From: Acidimicrobiia bacterium | GTDB taxonomy: Bacteria; Actinomycetota; Acidimicrobiia; Spongiisociales; ZC4RG35 | DNA length: 64,000 bases | Reading direction: 5' to 3' | Assembly (NCBI GenBank): GCA_013812505.1 | Contig: JACCTH010000034.1 | Span: 1,399-65,398 of the forward strand | Part shown: positions 55,056 to 64,000 of the stretch, piece after piece | Layout of the letters: every line of letters starts with the position of its first letter | Numbering within the stretch: position 1 is the first letter of the stretch | The notes under the pieces: generated by a model | Database searches by the model: none | What the model saw: only the letters and a program-made list of their open reading frames with translations | What the model was told of the DNA's origin: nothing | Position numbers and translations under genes: made by a program

Positions 55056-57800
55056 GTGAAAACTTCCCCCGCCCGCCTGGGGCTAGCCGACGACGACCTG
55101 CCCAGGCTCCGGGCGCTCGGCTGGATGAACGGAGAGAAACTCCAGCCTGAAGTCGTCAAGCTTTTGCAGTCGGTGCGCTCGGGAGCCGATCCCCTCGGTA
55201 CCCTGAAACGCGTCCTTGCCCTAGCCGAACGCACCAAACTTCCCCCAACGCTGGCCGTTGAGTGGACAGCGCTAGCCGGTGCCAGCAAGAGCTTGTGGGA
55301 CGCCACCCTCCGGCACCCAGAATGGCTGGACGGGGAATCTACGGATAGCACCGACCCCCGCGTTTTTGTTCAGCAGCACTTAGTCGAGATCGCCCGCCGC
55401 GACCTGAGTGGTGAGTGGCCATTGGAACGCGTGGTGGCGCACATCAGCGCGACGGCCGACCACGCCGCCAAATTGGCGCTGGCCTCGGCCACCAAACGTT
55501 TCGGGGAGCGGACGCCAGACAAGGCACCGCCGCCAATCGCGGTGATTGCCCTTGGCAAGTGGGGAGCAGAGGAGCTCAACTACGCCTCGGACATCGACCT
55601 CGTCTTTGTGGCTGGTGATGGGGACTTGCGCGCGGCGGTCCGGATCGCCACCAGCTTCATCGACCAGCTCGCCACGCCCACCGCGGAAGGACTGGCGTTT
55701 CGCGTCGATGCCGACCTGCGACCGGAAGGAACCACCGGGCCGTTGGTGCGGACGCTGGCCAGTTATCGCGCCTATTACGAGCGTTGGGGAGAGCCCTGGG
55801 AGTTTCAGGCGTTGTTGAAGGCTCGTCCAGTGGCTGGCGACCTCGAGCTGGGACAGCGCTTCCGGGAGATGGTCGATGAATTTGTCTGGCAGGTCGGTTC
55901 CGAAGGCGTTCGCGAGCTGAGACGTTTGAAACAACGGTCGGAGGAGGAAGCCAATCCCAACGACATCAAGCGCGCCCCGGGCGGAATCCGTGACGTCGAG
56001 TTCACGATCCAACTCCTACAACTGATCCACGGCCGGGCTGATACGCGCCTCCAGGTAACTGGCACGTTCGGCGCCATTGCCGCGCTGATCGAGGGCGACT
56101 ACGTGCGCGCGGAAGACGCGCAGTCGCTTGCTGATTCCTATCGGTTCCTCCGCAAGGTCGAGCACCGGCTTCAGCTCTGGCAAATGGCGCAGACGCACCA
56201 GATTCCCGCTGAGCGCGCGGACCTCGCCCTGAACATGGGTTACAGGCCGGGTGACCTCAGTGCGGAGGGCCAGTTGAACCGCGACCTCCACGAGCACCGA
56301 CGAAGGGTGCGCGAGCTGCACGAGGCCCTCTACTACCGGCCGCTGCTCGAGGCCTATACGTCATCGACCGGGCTTACCCGGGAACAGGCCGACGACCGTC
56401 TCGCCGCGCTCGGCTTCCAAGACCCCGTCGGAGCTGCTCGGTCGTTTGAAGACCTGACTTCAGGATTGTCTCGCCGTTCACGGCTGATGAACCAATTGCT
56501 GCCGCTGATGCTGGAATGGCTCGCAGACACCCCTCACCCTGACCTCGGGCTTACGCAGCTCGCCAAGTTGGTGTCGACCAGTCCGGACCAAACGGCGCTG
56601 GTGAGCGTCTTGCGCGATCGACCCGTCGCCGGTCGGTATCTCTGCCGGCTGGTCGGTTCCTCACGCTGGATCGGGCATTACCTCGATCGTATCCCAGAGT
56701 TCCTTCCGCGCCTTGGAGACGATCGGTTGCTCCTCGATCTTCCGATCGGTGCCGCGGTCGCCGAGATGGCCACCGAGCGCATGCGGCTGCGCCAGGACCG
56801 GGGGTCGCGGATGGCATCACTGCGCCGGCTGGTGCGCAGGCGAGCCTTGCGGGTAGCCGCGGCTGATCTGCTCGACCTGGTGGAGGTCGAAACCGTTTCC
56901 TCGGCTCTGTCTGACACCGCCGATGCTGCCGCGACCGCTGCCCTGTGGACCGCACAACAGGGGAGTCCGGGCGATTTGGTGATCGTGGCGATGGGGAAGT
57001 GGGGTGGCCACGAGCTCGGCTATGGCTCGGACCTCGACCTCGTATATGCCGGTGATCCCCAGACCGGGCTCAAGCTCGCCGCCGAGGTCGGAGCGGTTCT
57101 CGGTCAACCGACGGCCGATGGCATTGCCTACCGTGTCGACCTCGATTTGCGGCCGGAAGGAAAACAGGGGGCCCTGGTCCGAAGCCTTGATGCTTATCGC
57201 CTCTACTACCAATCACGAGCCGAGCCGTGGGAACTGCTGGCGCTAATCAAAGCGAGGCCGGTGGCAGGTCCTCCCAACGATCGACTGGAGTTCGAGGCCA
57301 TCCGGCGGGAATGCGCCTTCCCGGTCTTGGTGACATCCGAGATGTTGCGATCGATACGACATATCAAGGCGCGGATCGAGCGCGAGCGCCTTCCCCGCGG
57401 GGAGGATCCCGAATTCCATTTGAAGCTCGGGCCCGGAGGTCTCTCCGACATCGAGTTCCTGGCCCAACTCTGGCAGCTCCGTTTAGGAGCGAAGGTGGAG
57501 TCGTTGCAAACTACGTCCACTGTTGGTGCACTGGCCGCACTCGAGGGCGAAGGGGTCCTCACCTCTGATGAGTGCCGACACCTAGTGGCCACTTACCGGT
57601 TTTGCACTCGCCTCCGCAATCGCCTCTTCCTCCAAACCGGTTCTCCCCATGACGCCCTTCCGATCGAAGGCGCCGAGATCGCCCGGTTGGCCCAGTCATT
57701 GGGTTATCGCGACCGCGGCACCTTGCGCGAGGAATATCGCAGCCTGACCCGGCGATCCCGGCGCATCTTCGCGCGGGTCTTTTTCGAGGGCCCCGAATGA
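55056..57800 (+). CDS. glnE: bifunctional glutamine synthetase adenylyltransferase/adenylyl-removing enzyme
   Basis: Two nucleotidyltransferase domains are present (GKWGAEELNYASDIDLVFV and GKWGGHELGYGSDLDLVYA). The 914 aa length fits the family. Confidence 0.9.
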   Translation: MKTSPARLGLADDDLPRLRALGWMNGEKLQPEVVKLLQSVRSGADPLGTLKRVLALAERTKLPPTLAVEWTALAGASKSLWDATLRHPEWLDGESTDSTDPRVFVQQHLVEIARRDLSGEWPLERVVAHISATADHAAKLALASATKRFGERTPDKAPPPIAVIALGKWGAEELNYASDIDLVFVAGDGDLRAAVRIATSFIDQLATPTAEGLAFRVDADLRPEGTTGPLVRTLASYRAYYERWGEPWEFQALLKARPVAGDLELGQRFREMVDEFVWQVGSEGVRELRRLKQRSEEEANPNDIKRAPGGIRDVEFTIQLLQLIHGRADTRLQVTGTFGAIAALIEGDYVRAEDAQSLADSYRFLRKVEHRLQLWQMAQTHQIPAERADLALNMGYRPGDLSAEGQLNRDLHEHRRRVRELHEALYYRPLLEAYTSSTGLTREQADDRLAALGFQDPVGAARSFEDLTSGLSRRSRLMNQLLPLMLEWLADTPHPDLGLTQLAKLVSTSPDQTALVSVLRDRPVAGRYLCRLVGSSRWIGHYLDRIPEFLPRLGDDRLLLDLPIGAAVAEMATERMRLRQDRGSRMASLRRLVRRRALRVAAADLLDLVEVETVSSALSDTADAAATAALWTAQQGSPGDLVIVAMGKWGGHELGYGSDLDLVYAGDPQTGLKLAAEVGAVLGQPTADGIAYRVDLDLRPEGKQGALVRSLDAYRLYYQSRAEPWELLALIKARPVAGPPNDRLEFEAIRRECAFPVLVTSEMLRSIRHIKARIERERLPRGEDPEFHLKLGPGGLSDIEFLAQLWQLRLGAKVESLQTTSTVGALAALEGEGVLTSDECRHLVATYRFCTRLRNRLFLQTGSPHDALPIEGAEIARLAQSLGYRDRGTLREEYRSLTRRSRRIFARVFFEGPE

Positions 57801-58693
57801 GTCACGGCCATAGCCATGTGGGCAGCGGTGCCCGCTATCAGAAACGTCTCCTTTTGGTATTCGGCTCGGTCATCGTGTTCCTGGGAGCTGAGGTCGTTGC
57901 CGGCATCCTCACCGGCTCGCTGGCTTTGATCTCCGATGCTGGGCACATGGCCACCGACGCCCTCGGCCTCGGCATGGCACTCGCCGCCATCACCGCCGCC
58001 AGCAAGGCGAGCACCGGAAATCACCGCACCTTCGGCCTGTACCGATTGGAGATCCTCGCCGCCCTGGCCAACGCCGTCTTGCTCTTCGCCGTCGCCGGAT
58101 ATGTCATCTACGAGGCCATCTCCCGAATCAACAATCCCACCGGTGTGGCACCTGGCCCGATGCTCGTGGTGGCGGTGACCGGGCTCGCGGTCAATGTGCT
58201 CGGATGGTGGATCCTGCGGACCGGTGCCGCGGATTCGCTCAACGTCGAGGGGGCCTTCCTCGAGGTCGTCGCCGACCTAATTTCATCGCTTGGCGTGATA
58301 CTGGCCGCGCTGATCGTGCAGTTCACCGGGTGGGTTTATGCCGATCCAATCATCGCCTTGGGAATCGGTATTTTCATCCTCCCCCGGGCTTTTCGCTTGG
58401 GTCAGAAGGCGTTGCGGGTGCTAATGCAAGCGGCCCCCGAGAACATCGACGTCGGGCTGCTCGGAAAGCGGCTCGAATCGCTGGACGGGGTCACCGGGGT
58501 CCACGACCTGCATGTGTGGACGCTTACTTCGGGGATGCCGGTGGCGACAGTTCACCTCGCCGCCGCCGCCGGGGCCGATCGTGACGCCTTGCTCGCACAG
58601 GCAATGCAGCTTCTACGGGACGAGTTCGCCGTCACCCATGCCACCCTTCAAGTCGAGAGCGGCTCATCGGCTTGTGTCGAGCTCACCTGGTGA
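57797..58693 (+). CDS. cation diffusion facilitator family transporter
   Basis: It has a His-rich N-terminus. TM helices carry HxxxD-type metal sites (ISDAGHMATDAL). Confidence 0.8.
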   Translation: MSHGHSHVGSGARYQKRLLLVFGSVIVFLGAEVVAGILTGSLALISDAGHMATDALGLGMALAAITAASKASTGNHRTFGLYRLEILAALANAVLLFAVAGYVIYEAISRINNPTGVAPGPMLVVAVTGLAVNVLGWWILRTGAADSLNVEGAFLEVVADLISSLGVILAALIVQFTGWVYADPIIALGIGIFILPRAFRLGQKALRVLMQAAPENIDVGLLGKRLESLDGVTGVHDLHVWTLTSGMPVATVHLAAAAGADRDALLAQAMQLLRDEFAVTHATLQVESGSSACVELTW

Positions 58694-58718
58694 AGGTCCC
58701 AACTAGCCTTGGAGCCGG

Positions 58719-59879
58719 ATGACACCCACTTCCCTTCGGAGTGAGGTCGCCGCCGTCCTCCCTCTGGTAACCGAAATCCGACGCCGGCTTCATTCTCAAC
58801 CAGAGCTGTCCTACGGCGAGTTCGAGACCACCCGGTTGATCGCTGCGACGGTGCGCGAGGCAGGTCTCGAGCCTCGCCTACGAACTCCTCATACCGGATT
58901 GCTGGTCGACGTTGGGGGCCCGGCGCCGGATCAGGGGGTAGTCGGGTTCCGAGCCGACCTCGACGCCTTGCCGATCCAGGAGCCGGAAGGACTGGAATAC
59001 CGGTCGGTTGTCCCTGGGGTCATGCATGCTTGCGGCCATGACGTCCACGCCGCTATCGGCACAGGGCTGGCCTTGCTCGCCGCTCGGCTCGGGCTCAAAG
59101 CCCGCTTCATTTTTCAACCGGCCGAGGAGGCCTATCCAGGGGGTGGCGAGGAGCTCGTCGGCGAAGGCGCTGCACTCGGACTGAGCTCTGTTATCGCCTT
59201 TCATTGCGATCCCAGCCTCGAGGCTGGCCGAGTCGGCTTTCGACCCGGACCGATCACGGCCTCGGCGGACCGGTTCTTCATCACCCTCGAAGGCCCCGGT
59301 GGGCATACCGCCCGGCCCCATCGCACCGTCGACCTCGTCTACGCCGCGGGCCTCTTGGCGACCCAGCTCCCCGGGCATCTCGACCGTCTCATGGACGCCC
59401 GCCTGCCCAAGTCTGTGGTCTTCGGGAAGATTTCCGGCGGCACTGCGGTCAACGTCATCCCGAGCTCGCTTGAGATGTCGGGCACGTGTCGCACGCTCGA
59501 TCGCGGGGTTTGGGAAGACATTCCGAGCTTGATGGAACGTTTGGTACACGAGATCGTCGCTCCCGCCGGCCCGAAGGTTGTGTTTTCCTACCAGCGGGGC
59601 ATCCCGCCGGTCATCAACGACGAGCAAGTGGTGGCCGTGTGCATGGCCGCCGTCACCGAGTTGCTCGGCCCCGAGGCTGTCGCCGAAGCCCCCACCTCGA
59701 TGGGGGCCGAGGACTTCTCGCGGTTTACCCAAGCGGTGCCGGGCTCGCTGATCCGTCTCGGGGTCAAGGGCGACCACCGCACCGCCGACCTCCACTCATC
59801 GACCTTCCGCGCCGACGAAGGCGCTCTCGAAACCGGCCTCCTCGCCGGGATCGCCTCCCTCCTCGCTCTCGCGCGATAA
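58719..59879 (+). CDS. M20D-family amidohydrolase (N-acyl-amino-acid amidohydrolase/hippurate hydrolase-like)
   Basis: IRRRLHSQPELSYGEFETTRLIA...MHACGHDVH... is typical of the M20D family. Confidence 0.8.
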   Translation: MTPTSLRSEVAAVLPLVTEIRRRLHSQPELSYGEFETTRLIAATVREAGLEPRLRTPHTGLLVDVGGPAPDQGVVGFRADLDALPIQEPEGLEYRSVVPGVMHACGHDVHAAIGTGLALLAARLGLKARFIFQPAEEAYPGGGEELVGEGAALGLSSVIAFHCDPSLEAGRVGFRPGPITASADRFFITLEGPGGHTARPHRTVDLVYAAGLLATQLPGHLDRLMDARLPKSVVFGKISGGTAVNVIPSSLEMSGTCRTLDRGVWEDIPSLMERLVHEIVAPAGPKVVFSYQRGIPPVINDEQVVAVCMAAVTELLGPEAVAEAPTSMGAEDFSRFTQAVPGSLIRLGVKGDHRTADLHSSTFRADEGALETGLLAGIASLLALAR

Positions 59880-59882
59880 ATC

Positions 59883-59935
59883 GCGAACCCAGGGTGCGCA
59901 GGGACACTGTGTATCCCTGCCAGCCCACAGAACGA
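59883..59935. repeat. copy of the CGAACCCAGGGTkCG...CCAGCCCACAGAACG structured element
   Basis: The sequence is gcgaacccagggtgcgcagGGAcactgtgtaTCCctgccagcccacagaacga. It lies between the convergent amidohydrolase and tyrA genes. Confidence 0.6.
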
Positions 59936-60955
59936 TTAAAGGAGGCGGAAGCCTTCCGCGCGCAGCGTGTCGGAGAGGACCGCGGCTTCGGCGGCCCGCA
60001 CGGAGAGAGTGAGGACGCCGCCGCCTCCGTGGGTTGCATGGCGTAACTGAAGGTCGCGCAGGTCGACACCAGAAACCTCAAGCGCATGGCCGACACGGGC
60101 AATCTCGCCCGGTTGGTCTTCGAGGATGACCCCTACCGACGCCACCGGTGCCGCCAGCGAACCCCGGGCGGCGCGAGCTGAAAGCATCGAAGCGCCGATC
60201 TGTTCGAGGTCGGCTTGATCGACCAGGTCTGCCCAGGTTTCCAAGTCTCCGCTTAGCCGGCGCAGCAACTCAGCCAATGCTTTACGGTTTTCAGTGAGTA
60301 CTTCCGGCCACCAGGACGAACCGGAGAGGGCGATCCGAGTGAGATCGCGAAAACCACCGGCGGCCAGATCGAGTGCTGATTGGTCCCTCGCCACCCGGTT
60401 GACGAGCGCCCAGGCCACCACCTGCGGGAGATGGCTGATCGCCGCGACTGCCTCGTCATGAACCGCCGCAGCCATCGGCACTGCGATCGCTCCGAGCGAG
60501 GAGACGATTTCGACCATCTGCGCAAGATCGTCGGCCTGGACCCCATCTGTGGAGAGCACCCAGGTAGCGCCCCGAAAGAGCACTCCGGACGCCCCTGCAG
60601 GCCCCGAGGTTTCGCGTCCAGCCATCGGGTGACCGCCGACGAATCGCCGGAGTCGTTTGGCCGCCCTCACCATCGGTTCTTTGACCCCCGCCACATCGGT
60701 GACCAGGGCATTGGTTTCGATCGACTCAAGCCCGGCTTCGATGGCCGCCGGTGGTCCGGCGAGGACGACCAAATCCGCTCCCGCCACAGCCTCTGGCGGA
60801 TCTGCCGCGACTCGATCAAGAGCGCCAACCTGGACAGCCCCGTGGAGGGCGTCAGGGTCCGGATCCCAACCAACCACCGTCCAGCCAGCGTTGCGGAGGC
60901 CGATTCCGATTGACGACCCGATCAGCCCGGTCCCCAAAATCGCGGCATTCGGCAC
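59936..60955 (-). CDS. tyrA: prephenate/arogenate dehydrogenase with C-terminal ACT-like domain
   Basis: A Rossmann motif ILGTGLIGSSIG is present. The catalytic region HPMAGRETSG follows. Confidence 0.8.
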   Translation of the reverse strand: MPNAAILGTGLIGSSIGIGLRNAGWTVVGWDPDPDALHGAVQVGALDRVAADPPEAVAGADLVVLAGPPAAIEAGLESIETNALVTDVAGVKEPMVRAAKRLRRFVGGHPMAGRETSGPAGASGVLFRGATWVLSTDGVQADDLAQMVEIVSSLGAIAVPMAAAVHDEAVAAISHLPQVVAWALVNRVARDQSALDLAAGGFRDLTRIALSGSSWWPEVLTENRKALAELLRRLSGDLETWADLVDQADLEQIGASMLSARAARGSLAAPVASVGVILEDQPGEIARVGHALEVSGVDLRDLQLRHATHGGGGVLTLSVRAAEAAVLSDTLRAEGFRLL

Positions 60956-60958
60956 TTG

Positions 60959-61972
60959 CTAGAGGTGGTAGCCGAGGACACTCGCCATCGACCGGATCGT
61001 GTCCATCAATTCGGCGAACTCAGTCGGGAGCAGCGCCTGGGCACCGTCGACCTTGGCGGTGTCGGGAGCAGGATGAACATCGACCATGATCCCGTCGGCG
61101 CCGACCGCTATCGCCGCTCGGGCGAGCGGCGCAACGAGTTCGCGTCTTCCCCCGGAGTGAGAAGGGTCGACCATGATCGGCAGATGGGACATGGATTTGA
61201 TCAAGGGGACCGCGGTGATATCAAGAGTGTTGCGGGCCGCGGTCTCAAACGTCCTGATGCCGCGTTCGACGAGGAAGATTTGATGGTTCCCCTCCTTGTA
61301 AACGTATTCGGCGGCGTTGAGCCACTCTTCGAGGGTGGCCGTGAAGCCCCGCTTCAGCATCACAGGCTTCGGCTGCCGACCAACTTCGGCCAATAGGGTG
61401 TAGTTCGACATGTTGCGGGTGCCGATCCGGAGAATGTCGGCATACGACGAGACCAACGCCACGTCGCGCGAGTCCAACACTTCTGCCACGAACGGCAGCT
61501 CGAACTCCTCTCGCGCCTCGGCCAGCAGCTGCAGACCTTCCTCGCCCAACCCCTGGAAGGCATACGGCGAGGTACGCGGTTTGAAGGCGTCGCCACGCAG
61601 AATCCGCGCTCCTGCCTTTTTCACGGCCTCGGCGGTCCGCATTAGCTGGTCGGAGGACTCCACGGCGCAGGGACCGGCAACCACCGTGAAGGAACCTCCG
61701 CCGATCGATGTCCCGTCGACGTCGATGACGGTGTCCTCGGCCTGAAAGTCGCGGGACACGAAACGAAACGATTTCAACACCGGCACGGCCCGCTCGACTC
61801 CGGCCATCGCCTCCCATGGCAGGGTTTGGATCACAAGATGGTCACCGACGGCCCCAATCACCGTCCGCGTTTGTCCAGCGGAGACGTGGGCTTCGCAGCC
61901 GATCTCGGCTAGACGGTCGACGACCGCGTTGATCTCATCCTTGGAGGCCTGGGGGCGCATAACGATGATCAT
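60959..61972 (-). CDS. 3-deoxy-7-phosphoheptulonate synthase, type I-beta, with N-terminal ferredoxin-like regulatory domain
   Basis: The core is FTVVAGPCAVES...KPVMLKRGFTATLEEW...LPIMVDPSH. The N-terminal roughly 70 aa regulatory domain (MIIVMRP...RTVIGAVGD) matches Thermotoga-type DAHPS. The start is taken at the internal ATG. Confidence 0.8.
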   Translation of the reverse strand: MIIVMRPQASKDEINAVVDRLAEIGCEAHVSAGQTRTVIGAVGDHLVIQTLPWEAMAGVERAVPVLKSFRFVSRDFQAEDTVIDVDGTSIGGGSFTVVAGPCAVESSDQLMRTAEAVKKAGARILRGDAFKPRTSPYAFQGLGEEGLQLLAEAREEFELPFVAEVLDSRDVALVSSYADILRIGTRNMSNYTLLAEVGRQPKPVMLKRGFTATLEEWLNAAEYVYKEGNHQIFLVERGIRTFETAARNTLDITAVPLIKSMSHLPIMVDPSHSGGRRELVAPLARAAIAVGADGIMVDVHPAPDTAKVDGAQALLPTEFAELMDTIRSMASVLGYHL

Positions 61973-62035
61973 CGATGACACAGGGGAGGTGGGCGGGTCG
62001 ATGGTAGTGAGAGGCCGCCTGGCTATTTTGACGGC

Positions 62036-62743
62036 ATGGATCCAGTTGTTTACACGCCCCATATCGGCCAATCCCGTTCCTACTGGCGCGATGCCGTGCT
62101 CGGGATCAATGACGGTCTGGTGTCGATGGCGTTGCTGATCGTTGGAGTGGCGGGGGGAGGACTAACGCGTTCTCAGATACTTCTCACCGGGATCGCCGGG
62201 GCGCTGGCTGGAGCCGTTTCGATGGGAACGGGTGAATACCTGGCCACCAAGTCACAAGACGAAGTGTTCGAGTCCGAGGTAGAGCTGGAAAAAGAGCACA
62301 TCGAGCACTTCCGACGCCAAGAGGTCGACCAGCTATTTGAGATGCTGAATGATCTCGGCGTCGATCCCGACGACATCGAGCCAGCTGTAGCCGCCCTCAG
62401 TCGCACCGACAAGGTGCTGCTCAACTCAATGAAGGTGCTCGAGTTCGGAATGGTCAAGACCGAGCGACGGCGTCCAGCGGTCGCCATGCTGACCTCCGGC
62501 GGGCTGTTTCTGGCCGGTGCCACCGCTTCCGTCGTGCCGTTTGTTTTTCCCTTGACGGTCTCGATGGCCCTGATGATCGCCGTCATACTCGCCGGTGTCG
62601 CACTCTTCGCGGTCGGGGTAATCAAGACGCGGATAACTCGCACCAATGCAGTCAGGGCTGGGCTAGAGAATCTGCTGATCGCCGGGGCCGGTGGCGTGAT
62701 CGCCTACGTGGTCGGCCGTTTGGTGGGTAGCTCGCTCGCATAA
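62036..62743 (+). CDS. VIT1/CCC1-family iron/manganese transporter
   Basis: WRDAVLGINDGLVSMALLIVGVAGG...GEYLATKSQ matches the VIT family. Confidence 0.75.
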   Translation: MDPVVYTPHIGQSRSYWRDAVLGINDGLVSMALLIVGVAGGGLTRSQILLTGIAGALAGAVSMGTGEYLATKSQDEVFESEVELEKEHIEHFRRQEVDQLFEMLNDLGVDPDDIEPAVAALSRTDKVLLNSMKVLEFGMVKTERRRPAVAMLTSGGLFLAGATASVVPFVFPLTVSMALMIAVILAGVALFAVGVIKTRITRTNAVRAGLENLLIAGAGGVIAYVVGRLVGSSLA

Positions 62744-62763
62744 TTCTGTGTGCATGCGTTTCG

Positions 62764-62790
62764 CTTGCAATTGCTAGCGCTTGCTATATA
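62764..62790 (+). promoter_or_regulatory. near-consensus sigma-70-type promoter (TTGCAA-N16-TATAAT) overlapped by short palindromes
   Basis: The sequence is cgcTTGCAAttgctagcgcttgctaTATAATgcatcc. The palindromes GCAATTGC and AGCGCT overlap the -35 element and the spacer. This is the AT-richest spot in the window. Confidence 0.5.
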
Positions 62791-63183
62791 ATGCATCCTG
62801 TGAGTGCGAGCAAGCAGGCACCGGAAACGGAAACCGCTCCCGAAGGCCTTACCGGCCATGTCGGTGAGTTCATTCGTTTGCAGCGGGAGAGGGCCGATCT
62901 CTCTCTTCGTCGCCTGGCCGACCGGGCCGGGGTGTCGAACCCCTACTTGAGCCAGATCGAAAGAGGGCTGCGCAAGCCTTCGGCCGAAATTCTCAAGAGG
63001 CTTTCCCGCGCTCTTTCAATCTCCGCCGAGAGTCTCTACTCCCGGGCGGGGTTGATCGAAGAGGGGCCGAGACCGCCTGACGTTATCGACGCGATCGATG
63101 CCGATCAGGCTCTTAGCCCGAGCCAGAAGCGAGTTCTGGCTGATTTGTATCGCACGCTCGTCTACAAAGGAGAACCGAAATGA
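62791..63183 (+). CDS. XRE-family helix-turn-helix transcriptional regulator (Rv0474-like)
   Basis: The HTH is LRRLADRAGVSNPYLSQIERGLRKPS. It is possibly leaderless with a GTG start at 62800. It has an ATGA overlap with the downstream gene. Confidence 0.75.
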   Translation: MHPVSASKQAPETETAPEGLTGHVGEFIRLQRERADLSLRRLADRAGVSNPYLSQIERGLRKPSAEILKRLSRALSISAESLYSRAGLIEEGPRPPDVIDAIDADQALSPSQKRVLADLYRTLVYKGEPK

Positions 63184-63719
63184 AGGCTCCCAAAGCCCTC
63201 TATGCAGCCGTTGGCGCCCCGGTAGTTGGCGCCCGCAAGGTGGGAGAGCAGGTCGAAGAAATCCGCACCCGCCTTGGCAAGGAAGCCTCGAGCTTCAGCA
63301 AGACCGCAGCCAAGCGTTTCAACACCTGGGCCACGGAAGGCGAAAAGCTACTGGGAAGGCTTACCGACGCCAAGGTCGTCGATGATATCGCCTCGCGAGT
63401 CGACTTCGACCAGGTCAGCACCCAGGTGAACAAGCTCCGCGACCAGCTCGAAGACCTTCTTGCCACATGGCGTACCTCTTTCCGCCCCGAGAAGCTTCCC
63501 ACCGTCAAGGTTGAAGCCTCGACAGACGGCGTGAAGTTCGAGACCATTCCGGCTAAGAAGCCGGCAGCGCGTAAGCCCGCTGCCAAGAAGACGACCCGAA
63601 AGACTGTCGCCAAGAAGGCGCCCGCCGCCAAGACGACTGTCACGGTCAAGAAAGCGCCAGCGAAGAAAACGACGGTTCGTCGACCCGCGGCGAAGAAAGT
63701 CACCGTCAAAGCGTCGTAG
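63180..63719 (+). CDS. hbhA: HbhA-like (heparin-binding hemagglutinin family) protein with Lys/Ala/Pro-rich C-terminal repeats
   Basis: It has an N-terminal coiled-coil. The histone-H1-like tail reads AKKPAARKPAAKKTTRKTVAKKAPAAKTTVTVKKAPAKK. Gene order with the upstream XRE regulator mirrors Rv0474-Rv0475 in M. tuberculosis. Confidence 0.6.
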   Translation: MKAPKALYAAVGAPVVGARKVGEQVEEIRTRLGKEASSFSKTAAKRFNTWATEGEKLLGRLTDAKVVDDIASRVDFDQVSTQVNKLRDQLEDLLATWRTSFRPEKLPTVKVEASTDGVKFETIPAKKPAARKPAAKKTTRKTVAKKAPAAKTTVTVKKAPAKKTTVRRPAAKKVTVKAS

Positions 63720-63720
63720 G

Positions 63721-63766
63721 GCAGATGCCAGATGTCAGATTCCGGTCTGATGTCTGGCATCTGAAA
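63721..63766. repeat. repeat family 2, copy C (imperfect palindrome around tccgg)
   Basis: The sequence is gcagatgccagatgtcagattccggtctgatgtctggcatctg. It lies between convergent genes. Confidence 0.55.
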
Positions 63767-63801
63767 GCCGGGCGCCAGCCCGGCGATCTGGGATCTGTTG
63801 T

Positions 63802-64000
63802 CTATTTGACGATCGGCTCGACCAGCGCAGAGGCGTCGATCCAACCGCTGACCATTGATTCAGTTGGCAGGCGCTTCACGGTCGCCTTGCGCCCGTTGAG
63901 ATGGGCCAGCTTGGTGGCGAGGGAAGTGGCGTTGCGGCGACGAAGATCTTTTATCGTCGACACGCCGCACATCTCCAGTAACAACGCATACTCCGAACCG
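63802..64000 (-). CDS. partial CDS (3' end only); helix-hairpin-helix-like C-terminal segment
   Basis: The frame runs off the window edge. It translates as ...CGVSTIKDLRRRNATSLATKLAHLNGRKATVKRL. Confidence 0.3.
   Translation of the reverse strand, partial: GSEYALLLEMCGVSTIKDLRRRNATSLATKLAHLNGRKATVKRLPTESMVSGWIDASALVEPIVK

Noticed and set aside
9552-59935. CGAACCCWGGGTTCG as a LexA/Cheo SOS box
   Set aside because: The Cheo box is CGAAC-N4-GTTCG. Here the spacer is 5 nt. Every copy lies 3' of a gene rather than in a promoter. A structured repeat is a better explanation.
63200-63844. 214-aa minus-strand ORF antisense to the hbhA-like gene
   Set aside because: It mirrors the Lys/Ala repeats as Phe/Leu/Ala runs. 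The sense gene is translationally coupled to the XRE regulator and matches a known family.

Overview
This 64 kb window is a high-GC (about 68%) chromosomal segment of actinobacterial type. The hbhA/Rv0474-like gene pair suggests Actinobacteria, and the Bacillus-type ctaF/ctaG suggest Acidimicrobiia or a similar deep lineage. It is densely packed with housekeeping genes on both strands. These include an ABC exporter pair (ATPase plus FtsX-type permease), a kbl-tdh threonine-to-glycine module, class II fructose-bisphosphate aldolase, DNA repair genes (a 5'-3' exonuclease, tag, uvrB) and lgt. There is a complete caa3-type cytochrome c oxidase cluster (ctaB, lipoprotein, ctaCDEFG), greA, mgtE, an M23 peptidase, nadE, glnE, a CDF transporter, an M20 amidohydrolase and a tyrA/DAHP-synthase operon. 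Nothing in the window reads as a classical defence system. The strongest unusual content is regulatory. There are two sigma-B/F-type partner-switching loci. One has no sigma factor: a GAF-PP2C-HATPase fusion with two STAS proteins and an unknown protein, divergent from an AfsR/SARP-type STAND regulator. The other is PP2C, STAS and a sigma factor with an N-terminal extension that resembles a degenerate RsbW anti-sigma domain. The second locus is followed by a small stress operon (glsB/ymgE-like, a micro-membrane protein, csbD) behind a GTTT-N16-GGGTA promoter. There are two families of short structured intergenic repeats. One has a covarying internal stem, which points to a structured RNA or REP/MITE-like element. 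The other is a direct repeat flanking a hydrolase-ferredoxin cassette and contributing the C-terminus of the hydrolase. Other oddities are an AT-rich symmetric four-copy AATTTGTCC element, a 24-bp perfect palindrome upstream of uvrB, and a 26-aa hydrophobic peptide gene with a strong RBS. There is also a small protein with a caspase-like His/Cys arrangement and several apparent frameshifts. I found no rRNA, tRNA, CRISPR array, transposase or integrase.
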